64,000 bases of DNA from Tubulanus polymorphus (taxonomy: Eukaryota > Animalia > Nemertea). The translations under genes and the position numbers were made by a program. The stretch is from positions 558,001 to 622,000 of the forward strand of contig NC_134032.1 of the NCBI RefSeq assembly GCF_964204645.1. Reading direction: 5' to 3'. A model generated the notes under the pieces. The model worked only from the letters and a program-made list of their open reading frames with translations. It did no database searches and was not told the origin of the DNA. Shown here one piece after another: positions 1 through 11,819 of the stretch; position 1 is the stretch's first letter, and each line of letters begins with the position of its first letter.

Positions 1-57
1 TTCTACTTCATGATTTCTTCTGAAATATCAGAGTCCATTTTTTAATAAGACAGAATC

Positions 58-484
58 CTTACTGTCTGTCACACCTGCTCTCCGAGCGACGTTTTGGTCC
101 GTAATTTTGTTAATAATCGGTTTATCTCTAAATATTATGCATCAATTTGTTCAGTAAGGAATTTGCATTCAGAAATAAATCATGAAGTGGCATAGATTTG
201 TTTGTATTTTCATCTATCAGCGATAGTATACCTAGGAATTTCGATATGCTAATGAGCAGGTGATGACGTCGCTGTAACGTTTCCGAGCGTCCGCGGAGCT
301 GATTTTTCAGCATTACGCGAGCGTATGCCGAGTAAACTATCGCTCATAAATGAAAACAAAAACAACTTTAGTGAAAATTGTTGTTTATTTCTGAATGCGA
401 ATTCCTCAGTGAACAAATTGATGCGTAATAAAGGTAGATAAACTAGTTATAAACGCACGGAGAGCAGGTGTGACAGACAGTAGG
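58..484. mobile_element. Foldback/MITE-like element with long terminal inverted repeats
   Basis: actgtctgtcacacctgctctccg (61-84) is the reverse complement of cggagagcaggtgtgacagacagt (458-481); internal arms (~125-185 vs ~375-440) are also inverted. Confidence 0.7.
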
Positions 485-2599
485 TAAGATAAGATAAGAT
501 GAGATAAGATTTGCCTCCTATAAATCCATATTTGCTGCTTACACTCTTAACAAATGGTTCTTCAGGGGATTCTTCACAGAACCTACAGGTTCTTCGCAGA
601 ACCGTTGGCCCTTTGAATTGGTTTTTCACGACTTCGAGGGGAACTTGGTCGTGTAAAAGGTTCTTTGAACCCATCATTTAGTAATGATAGACCATATTTT
701 TTTTAATAGATTTTCCCTCTAGATTTAGAGATAGGGTCCATGTCAAAAACTCGACGAGGAGACACTGACAATTTGCAGCACTGCGTTTATAGTCTCTAAA
801 GATTTACAAGAAGCCCTAAAAAGACACTTTCTAGAACCCTTATTTGGATATATCTTAGGTTTTTCGAAAATCCCCTAGGTTCTTCAATGAACCTTTCATT
901 GCATAAGGGATGGTTCTTTGAGGAACCTTTGTCCGAGTGAATGGGGTTCTTTCAATGGGGTTCTGCGAAGAACTCTGTGGTCACAATATCTAGGAGTCAT
1001 ATAGAAGAGTTTAAGGAAAATAATGTAAACAGTTTGATAGATCAACTGTTTAGATGCTGACACACAAGGCCGGATGTTTGTTTACTGGTAGCGTGCGGAT
1101 TGGCTACCAACAGCTAAAGCGTAACAGATCAGTTTTATCATGGACTCTTAACTCGTTTTCAGAGTCCATGGTTTTATTAATATGAAAGATTGCAGACCAG
1201 CATTTAATCCACTGTTTCAGGATTCCAGTATGTTATCAGTGATAAACATGTTAAACTATCTGAGATTGATAACAGAGGAGCTGTTATTCCTATCAGGTAC
1301 GATGATCTGGGGACCAGCAGTTCAAAGGTTGGTTGACGATAACCTCAGCGGATAGATAACATAGTGACGATCGACTTTTAATTGTCTCTATGTCAACTAT
1401 CCACTGGTGAACCCGGGTTTGACAACTCTTGAGCAACTGGTAGTATTAGATATAATGATCACGCGCGTTAAGTGGTGGACTCTACACATCACGTCAGATA
1501 CATAAAGCGATAAGAGTAAGAAACAGCACTCACTGAGAGTCTATCATATGAACGCTATAATTTAATCCCCCCCCCCCCCGATTCAGGAGACAAAGTTTTT
1601 AAAGGAATATATGCTGCAAGAATATTGCGAATAATATATATATATATATATCAATATTGCGAATCCACTCGATTATGAATGGATTAAAACTTGTCACATG
1701 ATTACATCTGAAGACATAGATCAGTCGCGATACTTTCACATAAGATAGAGTGGAAATTCTGTCTTGAAAGCGCAAAACCTTTAAGGCAATATTCATAAAT
1801 CCTGCCGACATTCCTATAGTATCGGTATCAACCGATATCGGCGACCATATAATCAGAGTTGCTGATAAATATCATCCCAAGGCTGAAAAGCTTTCATCTC
1901 AAAAGACGACGGAATATCCATCCGTTTAAGTTTAATAAACTCACGGATATTCGATAGAAATTTTACCTGTGGAGAATTAAAAGATTTTAAAATCATTTGA
2001 GATCGGAACAATGTTGAGCTCCATGGGAACAAGCTGATGGTAGAAATCATCCTTACAAACTGTCTTACGATTTATGCAAAAGCAACACGATGTAAAACCT
2101 ATAACAAGATGGCGCAGATATTGGAGTAGAGATAATATAGGATGCTACAGGATGGACTAGTCAGCAGAAGGAAACGCAAGACTGGCCAATACGCGCGCGG
2201 CGTTGCACGGGTAGTACTCTTGTCACAATGGCGGCGGCAAGTTCGGCTCCTCCAAGGAAGAAAAGGAAGCATGAAAATGAAACTACTTCGGTCGTTGGGA
2301 CATTGCCCGACGGGGCAAGGGTCGATGGTACAAGGATTTTTTTTGGAGAAGAGAATGAGAATTAATTCCAAAAGGAAAATATTAGTCTCTGAAATAAGCA
2401 ATGACTTTCATAGAGAACAACCCTATAAACAATCAGTCGGACAGGGTCCAGTGAATAAATATTCTGGGGATTTGAATTAATATCGCAGGGCTTTGAATGG
2501 ATGCCATCATGATGTCAAGGCTTTCCTCCACTAAAAATCACTCATCAATAATATCCAGGATAACCTGATCGAACAATTCGCCGGACAAAATAGGGTACG

Positions 2600-3340
2600 G
2601 ATCTTGGAAATGGAATCTGCATTACGTGCTATGAGTGATTTACCTCGGTGCTAGAGGTTTCTGCACAGTATTCTAAGGAGGTACACAAATGGCTGGCCTG
2701 CGTACGGAATCTAATTGATGAGTATCGGCCGATCAATCTAGGACCATCGCACCTAATTTTCCAAAACAATCGGTACAATTCGAGATCTTCCTACGCATTA
2801 TTTTGGATTCACGATTTCATATTCGAATCCAGGGCATTACTATCAAGTGCGAAACGTTCTCTATACGAGGACTGACAAGGCGATATATATCAACGTCAAA
2901 TTTTCGATATCAGAAACCAGCACTATTTTTACCGACTATTCCGTTTCTGCAATGCCCGTGCCGGTCGATGCGCACAATTGCACCTTGATAAAAAACCTTC
3001 CAGACTATATCGGTGTCTCCCATTCTGGTGATTTTTATACGGAATTTAATTCCAAACAATTCCTACAGCGTGAAGGAAAGGGTATTAAAGTCTGTCCCAC
3101 TGCACTGCACTGTTCACGAGCCGTTCCGTCGTGTGCCAGTGGAACCATAAACACATAATGCAATTTTGCGATATAAGTTACCAGGAGTCAGGCTTGTTTG
3201 ACGGGGGGAGGAGAGAGGCCTCTTGGTCAATGGCCTGCCCTGATAAACCTGCACAAGCTTTCCTGTACCATGTGTCTGATACGATTACCATGCGGTTGCG
3301 GAATCACATCAGCCACATTCAAAGTTCAAGTGACGTTTCC
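2600..3340 (+). pseudogene. Degraded envelope (env/F-like) ORF fragment of an invertebrate Ty3/gypsy-like retroelement
   Basis: Joined frames read ..KWLACVRNLIDEYRPINL..YYQVRNVLYTRTDKAIYINVKFSISETSTIFTDYSVSAMPVPVDAHNCTLIKNLPDYIGVS..KVCPTALHCSRAVPSC..IMQFCDISY. The PVP/LPDY and cysteine spacing match my recollection of env-like ORFs of invertebrate gypsy elements. Multiple frameshifts. Confidence 0.55.
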
Positions 3341-3974
3341 ACATGTAACACTACTAGGGATAAAATAAGTAGTAGATTTCCAAATCTAAAGGGGAGATCA
3401 GAGACACAGAGAAATATTTCGTATCCGTTTTCTTCGTATTTCATTGTATTATTGTGCAATCGTCGCTGTTTGTCTCATCGGGATTTTCTTACTAGGAAAT
3501 GAATAATAATATCATAACAGCAGCTACGTATTGTTTTCAACGGTCGTTGAATTATGATCGAGCCCGTATTAGAATTATATCTATTTGAACTCAGTACAAC
3601 CTTAGTTTTGGGTTGCCATAACAAGAATTAGACAAACGCTCGCTGACGATGCAGTCTGGCGAGTGGCTAATATAAGGAGGGTCCCCGAAATCTAAGGGGG
3701 AGATCGGAGACACCAGAAGACGAAACTGGAGAATAGAAATAAAAGCTATATTTTTCACTGGAGAAGAATCTTCATTTACTATCAATAGGATTAGGATGGA
3801 TTGGTCAGTTTTACAGGGAAACGCTAGACTGGCCAATACGCTCGACGTTGCACGGGAAAGAGGGTCGACGCACGCAGAAGTGTACTGTAACGATAATAAA
3901 TACTCAAAAGAAGGATCGAGGAAATTCAGGATTCGAACCCGTTTGTTTTAAGAGTAATTGTTACATCTGTGATT

Positions 3975-6837
3975 ATATCGGCGACAATGTAATCAGAGTT
4001 GCTGATAAATATCATCCCGAGGTAAAAAAGCTTTCATCTCAAAAGATGACGGAATATCCATCGAGTTTTACGCGAGGATATTCGATAAAATTTGACCGGT
4101 GAGGAATGAATGATTTTAACAATGCGTTAAAATCAGCAGAGATCGAAACAATGTTGGAGCTCCCAGGTATAGAATTTTTCTAAGATAATCTTATACAAGA
4201 TTTATTTATTGATGTAGAAATTGAGGCAAGTACAAAAGAAAATGGGGAATTACTATATCGGATGATTTTTGATGATTATAATTTTAAAGAAACACATTCA
4301 TCTGAAGATTTAGATTCAATGATGATGATGAAATTTTAAATGTTCCTAGAGAATTGGATGTTTGTATAGTGCGTAAAGGTAATCTCAAAAGATGACAGAA
4401 TATAAATCAGGTTTAATCAACGCAAGGATATTCGATAGAAATTCAACCTGCGAAGAATTCAAGAATTTAACACTGCATTAAAATCTTCAGAGAACGGAAC
4501 AATATCGAGCTCTATCGGAACAAACTGACCGCAGAAATCATCGACCTGACAATAATACATAGTCAAAAGAAGGATTGTGGAGATTTCGGATTCGAACCCC
4601 TTTGTTAGAAATCAATCGATCTAAAAAAACCATGTTTATGGTCATCGATAGGAACAGGGGAGTTCAGATAAGAGAATGCAAGTGGATGGCCGAAGCAACT
4701 GAAATCCGACGAAGAAAAAATGGCGTATATAGCTGATTTTAAGGAAAGGAAAAGACCTCAACTATGTCAAAAACTAACGCTGAATTCAATGTGGGGGGGG
4801 GGGGGGCAGATGTCCTACTGATTCCCCTGGTGGTGAACACACTAATGTAGAAATACAAAATGATACAAATGGTTTCAGTCCTCGTAGCTACTTGCAAGCT
4901 GCTGCTCAGACGATTGTTTTTGCGTTTTTACAGGCTAACAGACATGACATATCGGCGACAATGTAATCAGAGTTGCTGATAAATATCATCCCGAGGTAAA
5001 AAAGCTTTCATCTAAAAAGATGACGGAATATCCATCGAGTTTTACGCGAGGATATTCGATCAAATTTTACCGGTGAGGAATGAATGATTTTAACAATGCG
5101 TTAAAATCAGCAGAGATCGAAACAATGTTGGAGCTCCCAGGTATAGAATTTTTCTAAGATAATCTTATACAAGATTTATTTATTGATGTAGAAATTGAGG
5201 CAGGTACAAAAGAAAATGGGGAATTACTATATCGGATGATTTTTGATGATTATAATTTTAAAGAAACACATTCATCTGAAGATTTAGATTCAATGATGAT
5301 GATGAAATTTTAAATGTTCCTAGAGAATTGGATGTTTGTATAGTGCGTAAAGGTAATCTCAAAAGATGACAGAATATGCATCAGGTTTAGTCAACCTGCG
5401 AAGAATTCAAGAATTTAACACTGCAATAAAATCTTCAGAGAACGGAACAATATCGAGCTCTATCGGAACAAACTGACCGCAGAAATCATCGACCTGACAA
5501 TAGTACATAGTCAAAAGAAGGATTGTGGAGATTTCGGATTCGAACCCCTTTGTTAGAAATCAATCGATCTAAAAAAACCATGTTTATGGTCATCGATAGG
5601 AACAGGGGAGTTCAGATAAGAGAATGCAAGTGGATGGCCGAAGCAACTGAAATCCGACGAAGAAAGAATGGCGTATATAGCTGATTTTAAGGAAAGGAAA
5701 AGACCTCAACTATGTCAAAAACTAACGCTGAATTCAATGTGGGGGGGGGGGGGCAGATGTCCTACTGATTCCCCTGGTGGTGAACACACTAATGTAGAAA
5801 TAAAAAATGATACAAATGGTTTCAGTCCTTGTAGCTACTTGCAAACTGCTGCTCAGACGATTGTTTTTGCGTTTTTACAGGCTAACAGACATGACATATC
5901 GGCGACAATGTAATCAGAGTTGCTGATAAATATCATCCCGAGGTAAAAAAGCTTTCATCTAAAAAGATGACGGAATATCCATCGAGTTTTACGCGAGGAT
6001 ATTCGATCAAATTTTACCGGTGAGGAATGAATGATTTTAACAATGCGTTAAAATCAGCAGAGATCGAAACAATGTTGGAGCTCCCAGGTATAGAATTTTT
6101 CTAAGATAATCTTATACAAGATTTATTTATTGATGTAGAAATTGAGGCAGGTACAAAAGAAAATGGGGAATTACTATATCGGATGATTTTTGATGATTAT
6201 AATTTTAAAGAAACACATTCATCTGAAGATTTAGATTCAATGATGATGATGAAATTTTAAATGTTCCTAGAGAATTGGATGTTTGTATAGTGCGTAAAGG
6301 TAATCTCAAAAGATGACAGAATATGCATCAGGTTTAGTCAACCTGCGAAGAATTCAAGAATTTAACACTGCAATAAAATCTTCAGAGAACGGAACAATAT
6401 CGAGCTCTATCGGAACAAACTGACCGCAGAAATCATCGACCTGACAATAGTACATAGTCAAAAGAAGGATTGTGGAGATTTCGGATTCGAACCCCTTTGT
6501 TAGAAATCAATCGATCTAAAAAACCATGTTTATGGTCATCGATAGGAACAGGGGAGTTCAGATAAGAGAATGCAAGTGGATTGCCGAAGCAACTGAAATC
6601 CGACGAAGAAAGAATGGCGTATATAGCTGATTTTAAGGAAAGGAAAAGACCTCAACTATGTCAAAAACTAACGCTGAATTCAATGTGGGGGGGGGGCAGA
6701 TGTCCTACTGATTCCCCTGGTGGTGAACACACTAATGTAGAAATAAAAAATGATACAAATGGTTTCAGTCCTTGTAGCTACTTGCAAACTGCTGCTCAGA
6801 CGATTGTTTTTGCGTTTTTACAGGCTAACAGACATGA
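3975..6837 (+). repeat. Direct tandem triplication of a ~950-bp mosaic unit (3975-4948, 4949-5895, 5896-6837)
   Basis: Each unit starts atatcggcgacaatgtaatcag and ends caggctaacagacatga; copies are near-identical with small indels. Confidence 0.95.
4672..4800 (+). pseudogene. Protein-primed family-B DNA polymerase fragment (Polinton/Maverick/adintovirus type); also at ~5620-5750 and ~6566-6695
   Basis: Translates ENASGWPKQLKSDEEKMAYIADFKER..QLCQKLTLNSMWG: the ASGWP..EEK..YI segment plus the KLxLNSxWG polymerase motif B, with an internal deletion. Confidence 0.75.
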
Positions 6838-7270
6838 TTATCAAATTTTCGGGAATTGTTTGAATAAAGGGTTTGCACTTTTTCATTCGACACAAACTGT
6901 AGATATTTCTTGGACCTCTCGGATTAAAGAAAACATATCTATTAGTGCTGGGTACTAGTTTTATATCAAAATCAACAAGCAAATCATCTTTGGGATTATA
7001 TAATTTTCGGGAATTATTTGAATAAAGGGTTTGCACTTTTTCAGTCTACACAAACTGTAGATATTTCTTGGACCTCTAGGCTAAAAGAAAACATATCTAT
7101 TAGTGCCGGGTATGATCGAAAAATTAGAAGAATTCAATGAATTCCTGCGCAGATCAGGAAAATTATTCTCGTTTAAAAAATTCCAATTATTGAGTTTATC
7201 ATTTGCTAATGTTATTAAACATTTGAATGAAATCGAGAAATCGCACCAAGACACTTTGAATTCGTTGGTT
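6835..7270 (+). pseudogene. Fragments of an uncharacterised helical protein family (variant 1; two partial copies)
   Basis: IFGNCLNKGFALF..DISWTSRIKENISISAGY..KKFQLLSLSFANVIKHLNEIEK; homologous by eye to 14882-15350 (IIFGDCLNRRFLMF) and 15602-15880 (KFQLLSLTFVDVVKYLPEIEK). Confidence 0.55.
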
Positions 7271-7654
7271 CATTTTCCCAGACCCTAAATTTAATGGTAA
7301 GCGCCCCAAATACCGAGGATCATGACCCTAACCCAATAAATGGAAGACGGTGATAGTTGGGTGGGCCGGGTTGACAAGCTAGGGGTAGCTTTATACTAGG
7401 GTGTCCTTGAGACGGAGCCGAAGGCGAAGGCCGGGGTCAGCGCCACCAGGTGGCTGACCTAATTCCCCGTGACCCCTCCGCGTCGCAAAGGTCAAAGGTC
7501 ACCCCCGGTTCACTCCCCGATGTCAAAGGGTCACGTGGAGGTGGAGCCACCTACCAAGGTCACGCCCGCCAGCGCCACCCAAGGTCAACCCACCCTTCGA
7601 AAGCCCCCCCAAGGCCCCTAGCAAGCCTTTGGGGGCAGGAGATAGGGGGGGTGA

Positions 7655-8406
7655 CCTTCACGGACAAGCGGGGTCCGGCAAAACGCTTTTAGGGAAGATA
7701 TTATTCCCTAGCAACATAGCTTCAATGATGCCGACTGATAGCGAGGGGGTGGGTGCCTGCGAGATGAGCACGAGACATCGCATATTTAAAGTCGATGATG
7801 CGGGTGACTCGTTTTGGAATAATAGCCGCATCCTTTCCATGGTGCTCGCTATGTTTCAATCGGAGTGGGAAGCGAAGGTGCACAGCACGAAGCAAAAGAA
7901 CCAAGCGTGCGTCACCTTCGTAACCACCAATGAGAAGACCCCCCTGCAACGCTTTGCGGGGGCTGTTGATACAGAGGCGGTGGAGAGGAGGTTCCTAGTA
8001 GTTAAATTCAAGGGTCAGATGAAGACCAATCGATTTAGGGCCCGAGTTATGCGAGCAGGTATATGTAAAACTGATTGAAAGAGCTTTGCTCGGTAGTAAT
8101 TTATTACAGATCAATACGATAAATTCACAGACAATGTTGTTACCACGCATGAATTAATGAGACAGTATGAAATAGAAAAAGAAATGGATACCGAATCAGA
8201 GGGGGGGGGGGGGGGGGGCAGAAGTTGAAATTGAGCCACCTGTTGTAACATTTCAAGAGCCTGAATCATTACCACAGGCGCAGGATATTGACATGCAACA
8301 GATTAATGCTATGTTAGAACAAATGGAAGCGAATAGAAACAGTTCGGAATTAACGGACTCTGTATTAAATGAAATTTTTGATTGGAATGTAAACAATGAT
8401 CAATAA
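7655..8406 (+). pseudogene. Parvovirus NS1/Rep-like SF3 helicase, C-terminal half (endogenous viral element)
   Basis: Walker A GQAGSGKT, Walker B KVDD, motif C VTTNE, Arg finger AVERRF. Continues after frameshifts into an acidic tail ending ..FDWNVNNDQ* (TAA 8404-8406), which overlaps AATAAA. Confidence 0.8.
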
Positions 8407-8529
8407 AAATATGATATAACTGTATTTCAATGTGTTGACCAAGTTAATTCGGATCGAGAAAAGGTGGGCCGGGTCGGCCGAGAGGAAAACTTTATACTAG
8501 GGAGCAGAGGATAGAAACAAAGGAAGGAC

Positions 8530-8592
8530 CCGATCCACTATGCATGGGAAGTAAAGAAGTGGGCCATGGACCAGATCCATGTTGATTTTGAC
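8530..8592 (+). pseudogene. Very short Ty3/gypsy-like integrase fragment
   Basis: With two small indels it reads PL.AWE..SGPWTR(I)HVDF, the PW.RIHVDF motif containing the first catalytic Asp of gypsy integrases. Confidence 0.45.
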
Positions 8593-8954
8593 GATATCTT
8601 GATTCATCTTAAATCAGGAAATAATATCACAAAAAAGAAGACGGGTATTGATAAGCAAAGAACTGAGCGAATATACCGCCGACTCCTGAATTGGCAATCA
8701 AAAAGCTATACTGTGGATGGAGTGGACCACGCAATGTACGGCGTGGAGATACTCCATGTCCCACATAAAGATGTGGAAGAAACCAGGATCGTCTATTTCC
8801 CTGGTGTTCGCTCCCTCATCATTCCATAAAGGAGCGAGGTGGAAGACATTCGAATGTTCTACGGCGCGAGTGCGGTGAACAATCTTGCAAATGTGATCAA
8901 TATATCGACAAAATATACGGGGTTCACACAAAACAATACGAACGTGATTCGTAA

Positions 8955-9677
8955 GTGGAAAAAAGACTTCGCGACATTACCACCGTTTTTAATTCATTGA
9001 TGGTGGGGTCGGCCGTCATGCCCGCAGCATTACGTATTCAGGTAGGAAAACTCGACGTGATGAGAAATCTAATCCCCGAAAGTGTTATCTTAAAAAAAGG
9101 AACGCCGATGCCGTGTACGTTGACGGCTTTAACGGACGATTTAACCGGGGGTCAGTTAGGGACGATTCGCGCTAATAGATTACGTTCTCTCAACTCGATC
9201 GCGAAAGAATTGGAGTCAGACGTGATTTTAACGAAAGCATCCGAAAAATTAATCTGCATGAACCGGGTGCAACTAGACAGTTCACCGGCGGAGGACACTG
9301 TCGACAAAGCCGAGCACACACGCCATTGGAATATCGTGAACGGTCTTTTCCCTCCAGCGTTTTATACCTGTTTATTTGGCGAACTGTACAATCCGGGCAT
9401 AATTACAACAGCCCATAAATTCTATGCAATTACAAATGTTTGTTTAAACTCGTTTCATCGTGAGCACGGGTTACAAAACCTAATCGACTTTCTGCGCGTG
9501 TTGGGTAAAAAACACAACAATAAAAAAACATCGAAAAAGGAATGTATCGCGTGGCACCGTCGAGACCAAGAAGCAATTTCACAAAATGCTTTTGACTGTT
9601 CTACCAGCGAAGAATGGTCCGACGCGTCATTGGACAGTGTTATTATCGGGCAACAACCTAATATTACACGTTTTTGA
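8955..9677 (+). CDS. Orphan intronless ORF (240 aa), probably from a DNA virus
   Basis: Long open frame with no introns, tightly packed tail-to-tail with 9788-10258; no family recognised; the 5' start is uncertain. Confidence 0.4.
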   Translation: MEKRLRDITTVFNSLMVGSAVMPAALRIQVGKLDVMRNLIPESVILKKGTPMPCTLTALTDDLTGGQLGTIRANRLRSLNSIAKELESDVILTKASEKLICMNRVQLDSSPAEDTVDKAEHTRHWNIVNGLFPPAFYTCLFGELYNPGIITTAHKFYAITNVCLNSFHREHGLQNLIDFLRVLGKKHNNKKTSKKECIAWHRRDQEAISQNAFDCSTSEEWSDASLDSVIIGQQPNITRF

Positions 9678-9787
9678 CTCGCTACTTATTTTATTTGTGC
9701 ACTTATGTTACAATGCGCGCCAGGTTACTGGTTGCATGTTGTTTTTTGAATACAATTATTACATACGTATATGATAATGAAATTTTT

Positions 9788-10258
9788 TTAGTTACTTTTT
9801 GTTTTACGAAAGTACATGTCTAACCAGTACAGCCAAATAAGAGTCTTGTAGTCAGTACTAGTATATTTACGGTCAGATATTTCATGGGTGTCTGGATCTT
9901 CCGATAACCACCGAAGCGAATACATGCCCCCCGTGTAGTATATATGGTGCGGCGCTAGTTCGCGTACAAATTGTGTTCGCTCTTCATCGTCCGGGTAAGC
10001 GGGGTCTTTAATTACGCTTACCCGATCTTCGTGTATTTCGTCTAAGAAATCGTCTACGCACCCAATATTTAAACGATGTAATACCGGGCACAGTTGTTGG
10101 CACAATTCTACATATACGACCAACCAGTGTTGTCTCTCCCATTCTCGGATCATAATATCCCAAAGGTTTGACGCCAACACTTTAGAATCACTCTGCAAGT
10201 TGTCTTCCCCCTTTTTTATAACCTCCAGCACGGTATTTGAATATGTAATATTAGCCAC
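9788..10258 (-). CDS. Orphan intronless ORF (156 aa), probably from a DNA virus
   Basis: Open frame convergent with the 8955-9677 ORF across a ~110-bp gap; no family recognised. Confidence 0.4.
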   Translation of the reverse strand: MANITYSNTVLEVIKKGEDNLQSDSKVLASNLWDIMIREWERQHWLVVYVELCQQLCPVLHRLNIGCVDDFLDEIHEDRVSVIKDPAYPDDEERTQFVRELAPHHIYYTGGMYSLRWLSEDPDTHEISDRKYTSTDYKTLIWLYWLDMYFRKTKSN

Positions 10259-10339
10259 GCCGCTGAAGGTTACTATTCGAATCGTCTAAAAGTATAATGA
10301 AAAGCGTGTACACGCTGAGAGGACATGCGTATAACGGGC

Positions 10340-11407
10340 CGGAAGTCCGTACTATCTCATACCTTGTAACGTGATGTCAGGAACTCATTGGGTCCTACTT
10401 GTAGTCGATAAAAATACAAGTAGGGTCCACGTCACGGACAACCTGGCTGACGTAGATACAAAGAAAACTGTGATCGAATACTTTAGAAAATACAATAACA
10501 CCGGATAAAAACTGGACTTTGCAGTTTATACCAGAAATTGTTGGTAAGAACCGGGTATTCCTGTGGTAACCTGGCTAACGTTGACACAAAGAAAACTGTG
10601 ATCGAATACTTTAGAAAATACAATAACACCGGATAAAAACTGGACTTTGCAGTTTATACCAGAAATTGTCGGTAAGGACCAGGTATTCCTGTGGTAACCT
10701 GGCTAACGTTGACACAAAGAAAACGGTATTCGACTACTTTAAAAAAAAACAATTTCTCATCGGATGAAAACTGGACTTTGCAGTTCATACCGGAAATTGT
10801 CGGAAACGACGGGTATTCGTGTGGTTTGTACGTAGTACGAAACGCGGATAGATATATGGGAAATGACACCTCCCATATATCGCAAGCACAATATTATAAC
10901 GATAGTTTGTATTTCGATAAAGTTGATTACTTTATCGAGACTATCGAGAGTCATTCAACTTTAAACTCAAGTAGCAGTGACTGTATTTTACTGTCGGACA
11001 ACTCTACCTATTTCAAAAATGATACCGACAGTGAAATTTGGATGAAATATGGAATGACTGTAACCAACTACGCAGCGCCACTGGATCGATGGGCTGCGGG
11101 CGTAGATCGGGGTTCACGTCACGAAATTTATGAACAATATAAAAGGGAAGTATATTTTGCAACACTGCAGGAGCCCATTGTACAGCATGTTCATACTGAC
11201 ACTCACGAAACACCAATTTCTGATGATGTAATCGATGTTGATTCAGATCCCGATGATTCCGATGAAGGTATTGTTGGGATGTCGGACTCGGACTTTCAGT
11301 ATGAACGTAGTGTCCAATTATTTAAGAAAACAAAGAAAAAGGAAAAATATTTCCCTGTTAACCGCATATTTAGACTCGCTAAAAAGTCAAAGAATGAAGA
11401 AGTCTAA
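10340..11407 (+). pseudogene. Ulp1/C48-like (clan CE) cysteine protease, disrupted by an internal 128-bp tandem duplication
   Basis: YYLIPCNVMSGTHWVLLVVDK..VHVTDNL..NDGYSCGLYVVRNA gives the His, Asp and Cys catalytic motifs. Repeat units start at 10441, 10569 and 10697. Acidic then basic C-terminus. Confidence 0.7.
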
Positions 11408-11819
11408 TTAATATTATGGAGTTGTATCCTGTTTCACAGTCAAATTGATAAATATAAGTGCAATCTGTTTGGGATAGTTTATTCCTTATTTCATTAAGAT
11501 TATTTTGGGAAGGATATCTATATTTTATGTCGCTAGTAGGGAAATCTATATATCGTTCGGTAGAAGACAAGGGAAATGATCAGAGATTGATGAGGCTAGA
11601 ATTAGACTTTCATGATTTGAAAAATCCGCACTTATATAAATGTTGTAAATCAGGGTAGCTGTAGTATGTGTAACCCGAGTGGGTCTTAATATAGTTGGGA
11701 TCAAATTTAAATTCATTTTCCGAAATTCAGCTGTATTTTTATGAGTATGTATTTTTCAGAAGGTCTAAATTTTGGTTCATGTCGAGAAGCCAGTTGAGCT
11801 ACTTCCCGCACATGGGAAA

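Noticed and set aside
3975-11410. A single intact Polinton or endogenous virus
   Set aside because: The pPolB piece is only ~130 bp; I saw no TIRs, full integrase, packaging ATPase or major capsid; neighbours come from unrelated virus and TE classes.
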